64,000 bases of DNA, from IMG/VR virus record IMGVR_UViG_3300040801_001812, positions 75,527-139,526 of that record; one strand, given 5' to 3'. Below, one piece after another: positions 48,601-57,544 of the stretch (position 1 is the first letter of the stretch; the number at the start of each line of letters is the position of its first letter). Below the pieces are notes generated by a model that did not search any database, was not told the DNA's origin, and saw only the letters and a program-made list of their open reading frames with translations. The translations under genes were made by a program, and so were the position numbers. Origin of the DNA: a virus.

Positions 48601-48949
48601 ATACGGGGAACCCCTTCTTCATAGAGGTTGCAGCCAGATCAGCAGTACCCCTACGGTCGTGTGCCCACTTAAACAGGGCCGCGTAATCAGAAGGCATCTC
48701 CGACGAAGGCATGAGATGGACATACACCTCGGGATCTGACACCTTGGTTGCAAAGAAACCGGGAACCACGACCGATGAGAAGTTCTTGTTCGAGACCAAC
48801 TGCTTCCAGTTATCGGCATTGCCGATTTCAATGGTGTCGAACACCTTCCAATCGGGCTGCTTGAAAGTGTCCTCTACCCCATGTTGAAACGGGGATGAGA
48901 AGGACTCCAGCAGGGCGCTGGCCGATTCATATGGACCAAATACACCCAT
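45635..48949 (-). CDS. Large basic hypothetical protein (1104 aa)
   Basis: Long ORF; N-terminal SALLE|SF; no recognisable catalytic motif. Confidence 0.8.
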   Translation of the reverse strand: MGVFGPYESASALLESFSSPFQHGVEDTFKQPDWKVFDTIEIGNADNWKQLVSNKNFSSVVVPGFFATKVSDPEVYVHLMPSSEMPSDYAALFKWAHDRRGTADLAATSMKKGFPVSKMRVYLVGPDRSVFEKLVAEGQKHYEKGDRAAVARALMSKGRAWYQSNKQVLGWIDLTRTTIRTPEGHPSLQFKVTGKAIHHLGGTPEVIRYIDDPDYTKLISPVTRHNTQEQLVDRLMQYYVTTAWGYASQPGFYVFATQSHEGPQKTVEHAMADHRDEHDVLKNIKRAKPPVRPNRPATGSLVVGSIRAEGGEMRHETVTADERMRVWMLSDGSFTKPAESVDQRSLFDMPAAKNVKAIVEVPGYKAVFGLYIDHPIIRPGLRDSTWWYQSKSLYHGALKHYGEVTGDRPHLAYYMVQTSGPKAGMMISKRELDRRTDDQAQAFKRAVETTIKDAYNANAEGQRMFPVHMLQKFNYDVKKAGMFETPSNPLADSPEGIDEEDWNNYVNWLRKGFKKPMGFNLSAAEGAKYLNSKGERLPLVWSRGEINKRRAKRRTQAFSGGKKEPWALFLIQYVLAHGASETNASPTFMIPLNIIRSKRVKIKPMKLTSVRESHLKKWLRDNHSDFKFFEQVHAWSFIRAHPNLPFPYARLIRPSISTDPKARERYNRMLPKGIQVTQRGYRINGVSYDAYMMVVAMPPSAAEKEFGLLSKNKTARKIITDNEMLNRLRRTPRGKRRSMQELDLFAAPTPFVGAGASHPDDDADVEFKFVSRAGNNYYIRDKKTGKAVFAPPGKFVQRPDYDKKIITSIRNRARLGDTDPVSAGVVDHHTPYATPEMEYMDLGEKFSPVIKSHFDRAGNVIKRIFSAYEHSGSAEQREAAWDQYIREAMELETTTETQINNMMQHLLAVQLRRRPERGTKEYDMMNNVRQYVRFVKKEIGSSGRTVRVPEVVKQMKLSEYHAPVGSSGHRTGVLAVKAPSEDIAKLVIFYRLLRRSVNNKAVGRLMKVTDLGGRRKLFPEEHARLLAQWASMHFGVIQNESAGTWTQYKPQEYSNTDWESIRNRQYGDSGKYQQGKKHKKDYRSRSTVPGGIGAHMAAKMMRVD

Positions 48950-48951
48950 AC

Positions 48952-49350
48952 TTACCGCCTACGGTACGTGCGGCGAGCAACGCGGGGGCGGGCACCGGCA
49001 CGTGGACGCCGAGGACGGGATGGGCCAACCATGCGTTTTCGGACAGCCAAAGTACGCTGACGCTTCATCTTGGACCGGGGATTACGGGCCGCACGCATAC
49101 GAGCAGCACGGCCTTTACGAGCAGCCCTTTTCGCGATCATGCGTCTTTTCGGGTCTTTTCGCCCGATAACCCGCTTAGTCATGTACCCCCCACTAGCAAC
49201 CTTCACGCGAACACGGTGGGCCTCTTCAATAGCCTGCTGCTTCCAGTCTTCATGCTCTTCATAGAGGAGTACATCCGAAATATCCGAAACGTCATAGCCA
49301 CGGGCTAGACACTCGTCAAGAATCTTGTCAAGAGTTGGGTCGAAGTTCAT
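48952..49350 (-). CDS. Prohead core protein (T4 gp68-like)
   Basis: Acidic N-terminus then extremely Arg-rich KRRMIAKRAARK..NP..KRQRTLAVRKR, resembling the gp68 layout; lies between portal and protease. Confidence 0.6.
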   Translation of the reverse strand: MNFDPTLDKILDECLARGYDVSDISDVLLYEEHEDWKQQAIEEAHRVRVKVASGGYMTKRVIGRKDPKRRMIAKRAARKGRAARMRAARNPRSKMKRQRTLAVRKRMVGPSRPRRPRAGARPRVARRTYRRR

Positions 49351-49387
49351 AGGCTCACTCCTGTCACATAATGAATACCGGAGCTTG

Positions 49388-50224
49388 CTACTTCAGGGCA
49401 CGCATTCCACGAAGTAGCTCTTCCCTCGTTGGTGCGTTCCTCTTCACCTGCCGGTAACGCAACACTGTCGGGTGCTCGATTCGTAAGTGACACTTGCAGT
49501 TGCTCTTACACTGGGTATCCCCAGAAGCGGGTACTGTCGGAAGATTCGACTTGATGAACGGACTCTTCGCTGCCAGATACAGGCAATGGGGACAGTGCTC
49601 GGCTGGTGAGGTCTCCCAATAGTAGAGGGCCGTAACCGACGACCCCAACACCCGAGAGGTATTGTACATCGTCTTGAGCGTTTGGACGTACATCTCGATC
49701 CGACGCTTGGGGTCCATCTTGGAGCGATCTCTCTTGACGTCTTCGATAAACTTCTTCCAGTAGTCGAACTCTTTACGGAGGAAGGACTCCAACCAACGTT
49801 TGTCTTCGGCGTCCAGACGCCCCCCGACGAACCCTCCCTTGATAGACTTGTTCCCGAGAATAAACGCCTCCGTATAGAACTTACGGAAGATAGCTTTAAC
49901 CGTTCGATTATGAGGATACTGTGCGGGTTTCCCCGGAACGTAGTCAGAAGGCTTGCCCGCTTTTCCCGCTTTTTGAGGTGACCCCTTAGGCTTCACCTCT
50001 GGGGTTATCCCGGCGAATAACCTCTTAAGCTCTCGCCGGAACTCGGCTTCGAGACGGGCAAATTGTGGAAACGTAAAACGTTGCCCCACGTCGTGGTGCA
50101 CCTGATGGCGCTTAGGACGTAGGGCAGAATTGATAACAGCAGCGATAGCATGGTGCCGCCAGGGATCCTTTGCCTTGGCGTGCCCACCGATGTTTTTCGC
50201 TTCAGTCAGATTTTTCTTTGTCAT
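49388..50224 (-). CDS. Head morphogenesis protein (MuF / SPP1 gp7-like C-terminus)
   Basis: YYW..AEHCPHC..P..G.TQC.SNCKCHL; likely start MTKKNLTE|AK. Confidence 0.7.
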   Translation of the reverse strand: MTKKNLTEAKNIGGHAKAKDPWRHHAIAAVINSALRPKRHQVHHDVGQRFTFPQFARLEAEFRRELKRLFAGITPEVKPKGSPQKAGKAGKPSDYVPGKPAQYPHNRTVKAIFRKFYTEAFILGNKSIKGGFVGGRLDAEDKRWLESFLRKEFDYWKKFIEDVKRDRSKMDPKRRIEMYVQTLKTMYNTSRVLGSSVTALYYWETSPAEHCPHCLYLAAKSPFIKSNLPTVPASGDTQCKSNCKCHLRIEHPTVLRYRQVKRNAPTREELLRGMRALK

Positions 50225-50357
50225 CCTTCGGCTCTTCGACCTGAGGGGTGTCAGGGTGAGTAGCGTTGTACATCTTAGCCATCTCACGCTCGACTGTAGT
50301 GAACTCCTCTGGAGCTTCCGGTTCCTGCATCATGTGGGGCAACTTCGTGTTAAACAT
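50202..50357 (-). CDS. Small hypothetical protein (51 aa)
   Basis: GAGGAG SD; start overlaps the stop of the HU-like gene. Confidence 0.5.
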   Translation of the reverse strand: MFNTKLPHMMQEPEAPEEFTTVEREMAKMYNATHPDTPQVEEPKDDKEKSD

Positions 50358-50700
50358 CGTCGGTCTCCTCTTCTTCGGCGAGTCCAATCAAGTGCATGAA
50401 CTCTTGTACGCGATTATTGAGCTGTTTGAACGCGTTAAATCGCACAAAGACCTTGAACTTGGTCATGTGCGTCTCTTCGGTCAAACCGGATTTTACCTTA
50501 CGGGGCGGCTTACAATCCGGGTAGAACCGCCCGAACCCCTCCAAATACACGTCCTCGCCGTGTGAAAGCGCATCTCCGATCTCACTGAACGTCTGTGACA
50601 TCAACCCCATCAGTTGTTGTTGGGTCATCTTAGGATATCGTGAATCTTCGTCAACTGCGCTCCATACACGAGTAGCTAGCTTTTGAAAGGTAACAGACAC
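50350..50700 (-). CDS. HU/IHF-family DNA-binding protein
   Basis: IGDALSHGEDVYLEGFGRF..RKVKS..VRFNAFKQL. Confidence 0.85.
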   Translation of the reverse strand: MSVTFQKLATRVWSAVDEDSRYPKMTQQQLMGLMSQTFSEIGDALSHGEDVYLEGFGRFYPDCKPPRKVKSGLTEETHMTKFKVFVRFNAFKQLNNRVQEFMHLIGLAEEEETDDV

Positions 50701-50712
50701 TACGGTCCTCCA

Positions 50713-52509
50713 TTATTTCTCCTCCGTCAAAACCACTTCTTTCCCCCCGTCCTTCCTTACCGACTTGATGGCCTCGTTCAGCCAACGTATCGGGATAGCG
50801 GGGGGTTGGTGGTTTTCCAGAGTCATTGCGTGGGCCTCGTCTGAGGGGGTCCAATTTTCAAGTAGCTCACCAACCACGTCCATTTCTTCTTCAACGAGGT
50901 CACGAGCCTTGAGGTCGTTTAGAACACGCGAGCGGAAGTCTTCGTTCGCTGACTTGTTCTTCTGGTTGTCGCCCTTGCTTTGCAGCCCAGCAGTTGCCTG
51001 TGCCGTACCCACATCCACTGCTGCCTTGTTCTGGAGTAGCTGGGTCTGCATGTCGATTTGGTCTTGGTTCAGGTCCGTCTGAGCCGCTCGGAGGGCCTCG
51101 TCAGGGATAACCAACTTTTCGATCATGCTCTTATCGAGATCCGGGTAGTACGACTCAAGGATGAACTTGACCCACACGTCGCGATTGAAGTTCATCTGCG
51201 TACCTAGGTCGTTAAGAAGCTGCATAAGCTGGACCCGGTTGAGCAAGATCTGGTCATACTGTTGGCGGGCGATCTTCGACACATCAGCGAGATGCAACGT
51301 GAACTTCGCCGCCTTAGCAGCGTCCGCATCCCCCCACTTCACAGCAAGGTGGAAACGGAGCATGATCTCCAGCCCCTCAAGGAGCGAGACCTGAAGACGG
51401 TGCAACTTACGAGAAAACCGTACGTCTTGAAGTGCTAGCGCTTCACGGGAGTTCCACGCACCGGATACCTCTCCGGTAAGGTAGTCACGTGGGATCCCAA
51501 GGGCGACGTACAGCTTCTCGTTGAAATGGTCCAAATCCTGGAGCTGTCCCTGCTCAGGGGGAGCGGGGAGCTTCTCGATCCTAGACCTCTCTGTGGCCGA
51601 GTTCACGGGCCAGAAGAGGTTTTCCAACATATGGTGGGGATCGTACTGCTGTTCGAACGTGTCGGAGTCGGGATTGATGTAGGAACGCTTGTTCCCGAAC
51701 TTCCTCTTGTACTGGTTGACGATACGCAGCCCATCTGTCGGCGAGGCAGCGCCCACGTCGATGTAGTACACAATCCGCTCAACGGCACGGTTCAAACGGT
51801 AGATAGCAACAGAGTCTTCTAGGAGTTTGAGGTGGAGCCAACGCTTACGCGCAGGCTCGATGATCGCACGTCCGTACATGGTTGAGAACCCGAAGGACAG
51901 CATCCGGAAGTGGGCACACTCCCAAGGCAGAAGCATCCCATCCTGACGAGGTGAAACCTTCGCGATCTGCTGGTCAACCTTGTAGAACTTGACAAGATCA
52001 ACGCTAGGACCGACCCTCTGAACGTACTGCGGGGGTAGGAAGAGGATCCGGTCCAAACCTTGGTAGGTGTACCTCTGGTGCAAGAACATGTCACCGTATT
52101 TGGCAAGGTTACGGGCGAACCCCTGGATCATTGTTCGAAGACGCAGACGTGTGATCACCTCTTCAACATCTCTGACGGCCTTGGAGTCCCCCGTCACCCA
52201 AAGGTTGGTCTCCTTGATGAGGTCCTGCTGTGTGGCCTCCTCAGCGTAAATATCGAGAGCAACAGAGACGTCACCGTAGTTATCCATGGCATCGTAATCA
52301 CGGTAGCGCATCTTGCGCTCCCTGTGCATACGAGTGATCATGTTGAACTGGCTGAGAGCTTCCTCAATGACAGCCAAGTCCCCCACTAGGTCGTCGCTCC
52401 CGATCATCTGAGTAGAGATACCACCTAGCTGCGCCCTTACCGCCATCTCTTGGCGTAGGATCTTGTCCAGCCCAGTGAGCCTCATCAAACCTGATCGGAT
52501 ATCGGCCAT
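50713..52509 (-). CDS. gp20: Portal protein (gp20-like)
   Basis: YRDYDAMD..ALDIYAEE, LKLLEDSVAIYRLNRAVERIVYYIDVG, LYVALGIP, DVRFSR. Confidence 0.93.
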   Translation of the reverse strand: MADIRSGLMRLTGLDKILRQEMAVRAQLGGISTQMIGSDDLVGDLAVIEEALSQFNMITRMHRERKMRYRDYDAMDNYGDVSVALDIYAEEATQQDLIKETNLWVTGDSKAVRDVEEVITRLRLRTMIQGFARNLAKYGDMFLHQRYTYQGLDRILFLPPQYVQRVGPSVDLVKFYKVDQQIAKVSPRQDGMLLPWECAHFRMLSFGFSTMYGRAIIEPARKRWLHLKLLEDSVAIYRLNRAVERIVYYIDVGAASPTDGLRIVNQYKRKFGNKRSYINPDSDTFEQQYDPHHMLENLFWPVNSATERSRIEKLPAPPEQGQLQDLDHFNEKLYVALGIPRDYLTGEVSGAWNSREALALQDVRFSRKLHRLQVSLLEGLEIMLRFHLAVKWGDADAAKAAKFTLHLADVSKIARQQYDQILLNRVQLMQLLNDLGTQMNFNRDVWVKFILESYYPDLDKSMIEKLVIPDEALRAAQTDLNQDQIDMQTQLLQNKAAVDVGTAQATAGLQSKGDNQKNKSANEDFRSRVLNDLKARDLVEEEMDVVGELLENWTPSDEAHAMTLENHQPPAIPIRWLNEAIKSVRKDGGKEVVLTEEK

Positions 52510-52511
52510 GC

Positions 52512-53600
52512 TTACCCCTTAATTGAACGCATCTGCGGGAAGCTGGTACCCTTGGTGTCTCCAGCAAAAGCGAAGAACAGCCCCACAACACCGCTAACTA
52601 TAGCAGAAATAGAGTTTTCGCTCAACTTCATGTTGAGCAACGTTCTACCTACGCGGGCGATCTCCCCATGCACGTTCTGACGCTTCATGGACCGGTACAA
52701 ACGGTCGATCTGAACGTCGTGTTTCGTCTTGTCGTAGGCATCCTTGAACGACAGGCGCAACCTCTTGACAAGCTGCTGGTCACGGAACATCCGCTGCAAC
52801 TTACTGGGCGGGATAACCTTACCGCCGAACTTCGCTCTGGGGATGAGCTGCTGAAGTGCGCTCGGGTTCGTCATCAGATGCTGATGGAAAGTCTCGAACG
52901 TGGCCTCCAAACTGCTGTTAGGGTTCAGTAGTCCCATCCGTTGGGTCTGAGCCAGCGTACGAAACAGGTTAAGAAAGGCCCGTTCTGACTGCCCTGGCAT
53001 GGTTAGCTCAAGCGCACCGCGCATGAGCTGAGCCTTGGGTGTCATAGAGGCCAAAGGTGTGTCAAGTAGCGCAGACTCCAACAGCTCATCAGCCGTCTCT
53101 GTGTCTACGCTCTCGTGGAACCTCGCAAACAGCCGTCCCATGAAGTTCGAGACCTCCTTCCGCACAGTCGTGATCTCACGAGAGATCATGTCTGCCCAGA
53201 AGAAGGGTGCCTTAGTTGCGATCAAATCGCCCAGCGATCCATAGTTCTCGGCTGCGAGTTTGGCTTTGATGTCATCCACCACACCCAGGCGTGCTACCGA
53301 AGTAGCGAACTGATCCGGATGAAACACGCCCTTAGTGTCGATACTCGTCACGAGGGCTGCATACAAGCTGCCCTTGCGGTGGTTGACAACAGCCGTAATA
53401 GCATTAGAGAACACCCGTGAATCCGGGTGCTTGTCTTTTCCAGCCTTGGACTCCAGCGCCGTACGAAGTAGGGTACTAGAAGACCCCCGAAAAACGGTGA
53501 ACGCAATTGCGTTGACGTCACCGACACTCAACGGGGCGATCTGTACCCGCTTCTTAGCGGCGAAGAGCCTCTGCTGAGCGCGACCCTTCAAGGTTGCCAT
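52512..53600 (-). CDS. Hypothetical protein between terminase and portal, with C-terminal hydrophobic segment
   Basis: GAGG SD before ATG at 53600; FHE|S, LLE|S; AIVSGVVGLFFAFAG. Confidence 0.7.
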   Translation of the reverse strand: MATLKGRAQQRLFAAKKRVQIAPLSVGDVNAIAFTVFRGSSSTLLRTALESKAGKDKHPDSRVFSNAITAVVNHRKGSLYAALVTSIDTKGVFHPDQFATSVARLGVVDDIKAKLAAENYGSLGDLIATKAPFFWADMISREITTVRKEVSNFMGRLFARFHESVDTETADELLESALLDTPLASMTPKAQLMRGALELTMPGQSERAFLNLFRTLAQTQRMGLLNPNSSLEATFETFHQHLMTNPSALQQLIPRAKFGGKVIPPSKLQRMFRDQQLVKRLRLSFKDAYDKTKHDVQIDRLYRSMKRQNVHGEIARVGRTLLNMKLSENSISAIVSGVVGLFFAFAGDTKGTSFPQMRSIKG

Positions 53601-53609
53601 CGGCAACCT

Positions 53610-53963
53610 CTATTCGTCTTCGTCCTGCAACGACTCCAGGTCGGCGAGAACCGCTGTCACTGCATCTTCGTGCATACCATGTGCGGCATGTCCGAATTTC
53701 GCGGGCGGGTACTGCTTGTTCTGGTCGCGGAACTTCGCAGGGGGGATGTGGTTTGGCTTTGAACGGAACTTCGGTGGGCGGTCGGTACCCATCCAAGGGA
53801 ACACCTTAGCCTTAGCCGACTTGGGTCCGTTCTCATCACCACTCTTTTGCGGTCCCGGTTTCTGGTTCGGGACTTCCATCTCTACAACGGTGTCCGCGTC
53901 GGGCAGAACGCCCTCTGCGAGAGCCGTGTCGATATGTTCGTCCAAATTCTCAAGAAAGCTCAT
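53610..53963 (-). CDS. Small hypothetical protein with acidic ends and basic centre
   Basis: GGAGG SD before MSFLEN; PPKF/PPAKF motif three times. Confidence 0.7.
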   Translation of the reverse strand: MSFLENLDEHIDTALAEGVLPDADTVVEMEVPNQKPGPQKSGDENGPKSAKAKVFPWMGTDRPPKFRSKPNHIPPAKFRDQNKQYPPAKFGHAAHGMHEDAVTAVLADLESLQDEDE

Positions 53964-53993
53964 AGGTAGACCTCCGCTCTTTCGAGTCACTAG

Positions 53994-53999
53994 AATAAA
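53994..53999 (-). promoter_or_regulatory. Putative late promoter motif TTTATT
   Basis: GCTTTATTCTAG in the gap after the terminase gene. Confidence 0.6.
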
Positions 54000-54004
54000 G
54001 CAGG

Positions 54005-56083
54005 TTAACCGACTGCGGTGCGCGAGGTTCCATAGAAATGGCCATCATAGCCGTCCTCATGGCGAACTGGTTCGTCAAACCCCATTTCCTTAGACTGCTT
54101 CGCGGCTTTGTACTCGCTCGGGTGTTTCTGGAACAACTTAGGCAAAATCGCCTCTTGGATCATATGGGAACCAATAGCCCCGAACCCATGTTTGTGTGTC
54201 CACATAAGGGCGTTCATATACGCCCCAGCGAGTGAGTCTGCAACGTCCTTGGACCCATTCGGGGGGTGATCCACCGCACCCTTCTGAGTCGTGATGTCGT
54301 GTTCTAGCTCACGCAACTCTTTGTCGAGGTAGTCGAACGGGGGCTTCATGATCCGATTCTCAGTGAAGGCGTTCATCAGCTCCATGTACGCTTCGTCTGT
54401 TCGGTCTACCGATATCGTCTCCGTCTCAAACCCGTTTTCCTTAAGAAGCTGGATAGAGTGGACCGACTGCCAGGAGTCATACGATACCCGAACGATGGGA
54501 TACCCGAGGTTGTCCCTCAGCCATACGATGAACTGGCGAACCTTTTCGAAACTGATCTCGTCCATCTTCGGAGCCTTGATCCGTGTATGGAAATCTACGA
54601 AAATGAAAGGGAGTTTGAGCGTGATGCTCGACTCCTCCTCGTCTGAATGGGGGAGCGTCTTCTCGTAGTAAAACGGGATGCAGAGACTCGTGATCCCCAC
54701 GCAGTCCCCAGATTTCGCCAAGTCAACGTGGACAAAACGGCCCGCACGCGGGTGATTCTTCAAGTGACGGGCTATGTTGTCATAGCTGCTAACATCGTCA
54801 ATATCAAAGAAATCGGAGATTTCCAACCCACCTTTAAGACCAATTTCAATAGTCTCTGGTTGGATCGGGTTGATATACACCCCGTTGGCCTTTTTGATTA
54901 CCTCGCGTTGTTTGAACAGCTTGTTCAACGAAGCGGTCGCCACGCCCCCTAGGTCACGGATGGACGCGTCAAGACTCGTTTCGAAAGACTCTCTGAACGT
55001 ATCAGGGACTTGGATAATCTGCTCTCCCGATTTCATGTCGGGGATAGTCTCCCCCGGTTCAAGAATACGGGAACTTCGGAAACCAGAACCAACAAACACA
55101 CGGAACCGCTTAGTGCCGTAGTGGCCCGGTTTCACGTCCCACAACGCGAAGTCAGAGATATGAACGTTCTTAAGGTTCCTCTCGCGTACTTCCTGGATCC
55201 TCTTCTCGACGAAGGAGTCCGATGACCGCGCTGACGAGATGTTGATAACGAGACCTGGATTGAACCCGGAGTTTTCGAAACGGGATTCAATACGAGTCCG
55301 AACCTGATGGTACAGAGACTTAGCTGAGTTCTCGTCTTCCTCGTCCTTCAACGACTTCTTGGAACGGAAGTTCATCTCGTCCAGAGTGGCCGAGAAGACG
55401 TCAAGAGAGAGCGCGTGGCTGGTCTGAGAACCAAACAACAGGTGAAGGTTGTGGGGGAGAAGCAGCTCGAAAAGATCGTCTTTCTTAGGGTGCTCCCTAT
55501 AACCCGCCCCGAACATATTGGCAGCACCCTGAAGGAAGACCTTGCGCTGGTTCTTGGGCAGCTTCTCACGGAAGTAGGGGGACATGTTCATCAGCCCCTG
55601 AAACTTCGCGTTGATCGCGTCTTCGGCCTTGCCCTTGGTTACCGAGAAGAAGGCGAAATAGACCGGGAAGTGGGGGGCCAACCCGAAGAGGCGCTGGGGG
55701 GACTTCATGCAGGTCAACCAGTACAACTTGTAGAGCTGGGCTACGCAGGCAGCGGAAGTTTTACCAGTACCAATAGACCCGTAGATCACCCACTCATTGA
55801 TGGCGTTCTTCGGGTCTAAGATGTAGAGGAGTTCTTCCTTCCACTTGGGGTAGAGTGAGTCTACGAAATCACCGAGATAGAATTTGGAGTGCAGAAACTC
55901 ATAGGGCGTGACCGGCTTCTCTTCGTAGTCAGCAAGAAAAAGATCATCGAGGACTCCGATGCTACCCGTTTTCCCGATGTATTTCAGCAGATCAGCGACA
56001 AGCTGTTCGTCCTCTTTGCTGCACTCTTCCACCCGCATCGCCGGTAGAATCCTTGAAATATCGGTCTTGCTCCGTCTGCCCAT
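54005..56083 (-). CDS. terL: Terminase large subunit
   Basis: Walker A GSIGTGKT, Walker B TLDE, nuclease VHVDLA..D, SYDSWQS, DHPPNGSKDVADSLAG. Confidence 0.93.
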   Translation of the reverse strand: MGRRSKTDISRILPAMRVEECSKEDEQLVADLLKYIGKTGSIGVLDDLFLADYEEKPVTPYEFLHSKFYLGDFVDSLYPKWKEELLYILDPKNAINEWVIYGSIGTGKTSAACVAQLYKLYWLTCMKSPQRLFGLAPHFPVYFAFFSVTKGKAEDAINAKFQGLMNMSPYFREKLPKNQRKVFLQGAANMFGAGYREHPKKDDLFELLLPHNLHLLFGSQTSHALSLDVFSATLDEMNFRSKKSLKDEEDENSAKSLYHQVRTRIESRFENSGFNPGLVINISSARSSDSFVEKRIQEVRERNLKNVHISDFALWDVKPGHYGTKRFRVFVGSGFRSSRILEPGETIPDMKSGEQIIQVPDTFRESFETSLDASIRDLGGVATASLNKLFKQREVIKKANGVYINPIQPETIEIGLKGGLEISDFFDIDDVSSYDNIARHLKNHPRAGRFVHVDLAKSGDCVGITSLCIPFYYEKTLPHSDEEESSITLKLPFIFVDFHTRIKAPKMDEISFEKVRQFIVWLRDNLGYPIVRVSYDSWQSVHSIQLLKENGFETETISVDRTDEAYMELMNAFTENRIMKPPFDYLDKELRELEHDITTQKGAVDHPPNGSKDVADSLAGAYMNALMWTHKHGFGAIGSHMIQEAILPKLFQKHPSEYKAAKQSKEMGFDEPVRHEDGYDGHFYGTSRTAVG

Positions 56084-56393
56084 CCGTGTGTTCCTCGCTT
56101 GCTATCGCGTTGAATAAAGCCAACGACGACTGCCACTTGTGGTTATCGGGGTTAGTCAAATCAATAGCTGCTAGAGATTTAACGGTAAGAGAGGCCACCG
56201 CCTCCGGGTTGAAATAGCGGTCTCCATACATCAGCCCCTGTCCTTCGGGGGCCTGGATGAAGGAATTGTAGGCCATGGCTTCGGCTTCGGTGTGAGTCCC
56301 AGCCGGGAACACATCGACCGCAGCTTCCCTAGAACCCCCAATAAGAACAACTCTGACCAAGACAAGGTAGGCGTATCTGGAGATGTCAGACAT
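55992..56393 (-). CDS. Hypothetical protein
   Basis: Coupled ORF; overlaps the terL start by 92 nt. Confidence 0.6.
   Translation of the reverse strand: MSDISRYAYLVLVRVVLIGGSREAAVDVFPAGTHTEAEAMAYNSFIQAPEGQGLMYGDRYFNPEAVASLTVKSLAAIDLTNPDNHKWQSSLALFNAIASEEHTDGQTEQDRYFKDSTGDAGGRVQQRGRTACR
56113..56118 (-). promoter_or_regulatory. Putative intragenic late promoter for terL
   Basis: GCTTTATTC 30 nt upstream of the terL ATG; same 9-mer as at 53994. Confidence 0.5.
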
Positions 56394-57279
56394 CTGCCGG
56401 GTCCTCCTCCACGTCGTCTTCGTCTTCCAAGGACGAATCGATCATGTTCGCCACAACCCCTCGGGCCGTAACGAGATGGGTAAGCGCGGTACAAGCCACA
56501 GTGGCCAACTCTGTATTCTTCGACTCAATATGGGGCACCATAAGGCGCTCAATCGCCGTCAGAGCCTCTTCAAGAACCGCATGGGGGTCTTTCACCTTCA
56601 ACGGCTTAACCTCGGAGACAGCCTCCTTGGGGGCCTCAGGGATGGGCAATGGGCCAACGACCGCCGTACCCGGCTCACCACGACCCGTGTGGATCTCGGG
56701 GCGCTTGAGCTTCACAGGAAGACCCGCTGCCATCCGAGACTCCTCTGCAAGAGTCATTGTGGGAGGTTGATGGTCTATCGGGCCATCGTCCATACCAACG
56801 AAATCATCACCCTCCATAATCATACTGCCGGGATTGGTGGGCGTGCCGTGACCATCGGCTGAGTTTACGCCGTCCCCTGTGTACCCAGGGAGATGGGTTG
56901 CAGGAGCGAGATCCTTCACCTGCCCAGTTCCGACTTGGCCCGCTTGAGGACCAACGTAATCCCGCGCAGCCGCGTTCTCCTCCAAAGAGTGTTGCGTAGG
57001 CGTAGCGAACGCCTCGGCCACCTCGTCAGGTACCAACTGCGAGATCATGGCATCGGGCTGGATCTCAGCGGGTTGAACCGCTTCAACAGCCTCGACCACT
57101 GCACGCCGGGTGATATCCACTAGGTTATCCCGCGTTATAGCCCTAGCGCGGGCAACCGCGTCAATCACCATTTTGAACTTCATCTCGGGGATAGCTTTAG
57201 TAACAAGCTCCCCGTAGTTCCCTGCCACGTCGCCCAGGAAGTCGTTCAGCGCAGCGTTAATCTCCTGTTTCGCGTTCAT
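56386..57279 (-). CDS. Acidic, partly disordered hypothetical protein
   Basis: 297 aa ORF in the operon. Confidence 0.7.
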   Translation of the reverse strand: MNAKQEINAALNDFLGDVAGNYGELVTKAIPEMKFKMVIDAVARARAITRDNLVDITRRAVVEAVEAVQPAEIQPDAMISQLVPDEVAEAFATPTQHSLEENAAARDYVGPQAGQVGTGQVKDLAPATHLPGYTGDGVNSADGHGTPTNPGSMIMEGDDFVGMDDGPIDHQPPTMTLAEESRMAAGLPVKLKRPEIHTGRGEPGTAVVGPLPIPEAPKEAVSEVKPLKVKDPHAVLEEALTAIERLMVPHIESKNTELATVACTALTHLVTARGVVANMIDSSLEDEDDVEEDPADV

Positions 57280-57544
57280 CGTCCTCGATCCCTTCTATCT
57301 CCGCAATCGGAGGCATGAAGTCTGATACGTCCTCCAGGCTTTGGTCGAACGTACTCGCGTCCATGATGTAGTCACGGGCCATCTGTGCCCTAAACTTCTG
57401 AAAGGCAGCGTCTCTTTCAGCCATCGCTTCAACAAAAATCGCTGTCATGTTCTTAAACCGGCTGGCGTACATACGAGAAAACGCCCCCACGAGGACGATG
57501 GGCCAACCAACCGCAACGACAAGAACGACCCAGAACTCAGACAT
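57257..57544 (-). CDS. Small membrane-anchored protein
   Basis: MSEFWVVLVVAVGWPIVLVGAF hydrophobic N-terminus; start overlaps the upstream stop. Confidence 0.65.
   Translation of the reverse strand: MSEFWVVLVVAVGWPIVLVGAFSRMYASRFKNMTAIFVEAMAERDAAFQKFRAQMARDYIMDASTFDQSLEDVSDFMPPIAEIEGIEDDERETGD

Noticed and set aside
1488-49864. Additional intragenic TTTATT hexamers (about 1488, 3942, 4789, 13883, 49859)
   Set aside because: Explained by Phe-Ile or Phe-Tyr codons and not close to start codons; not counted as promoters
54005-56083. Possible intein or intron in terminase, portal or capsid genes
   Set aside because: ORFs are continuous and I saw no intein splice or homing-endonuclease motifs
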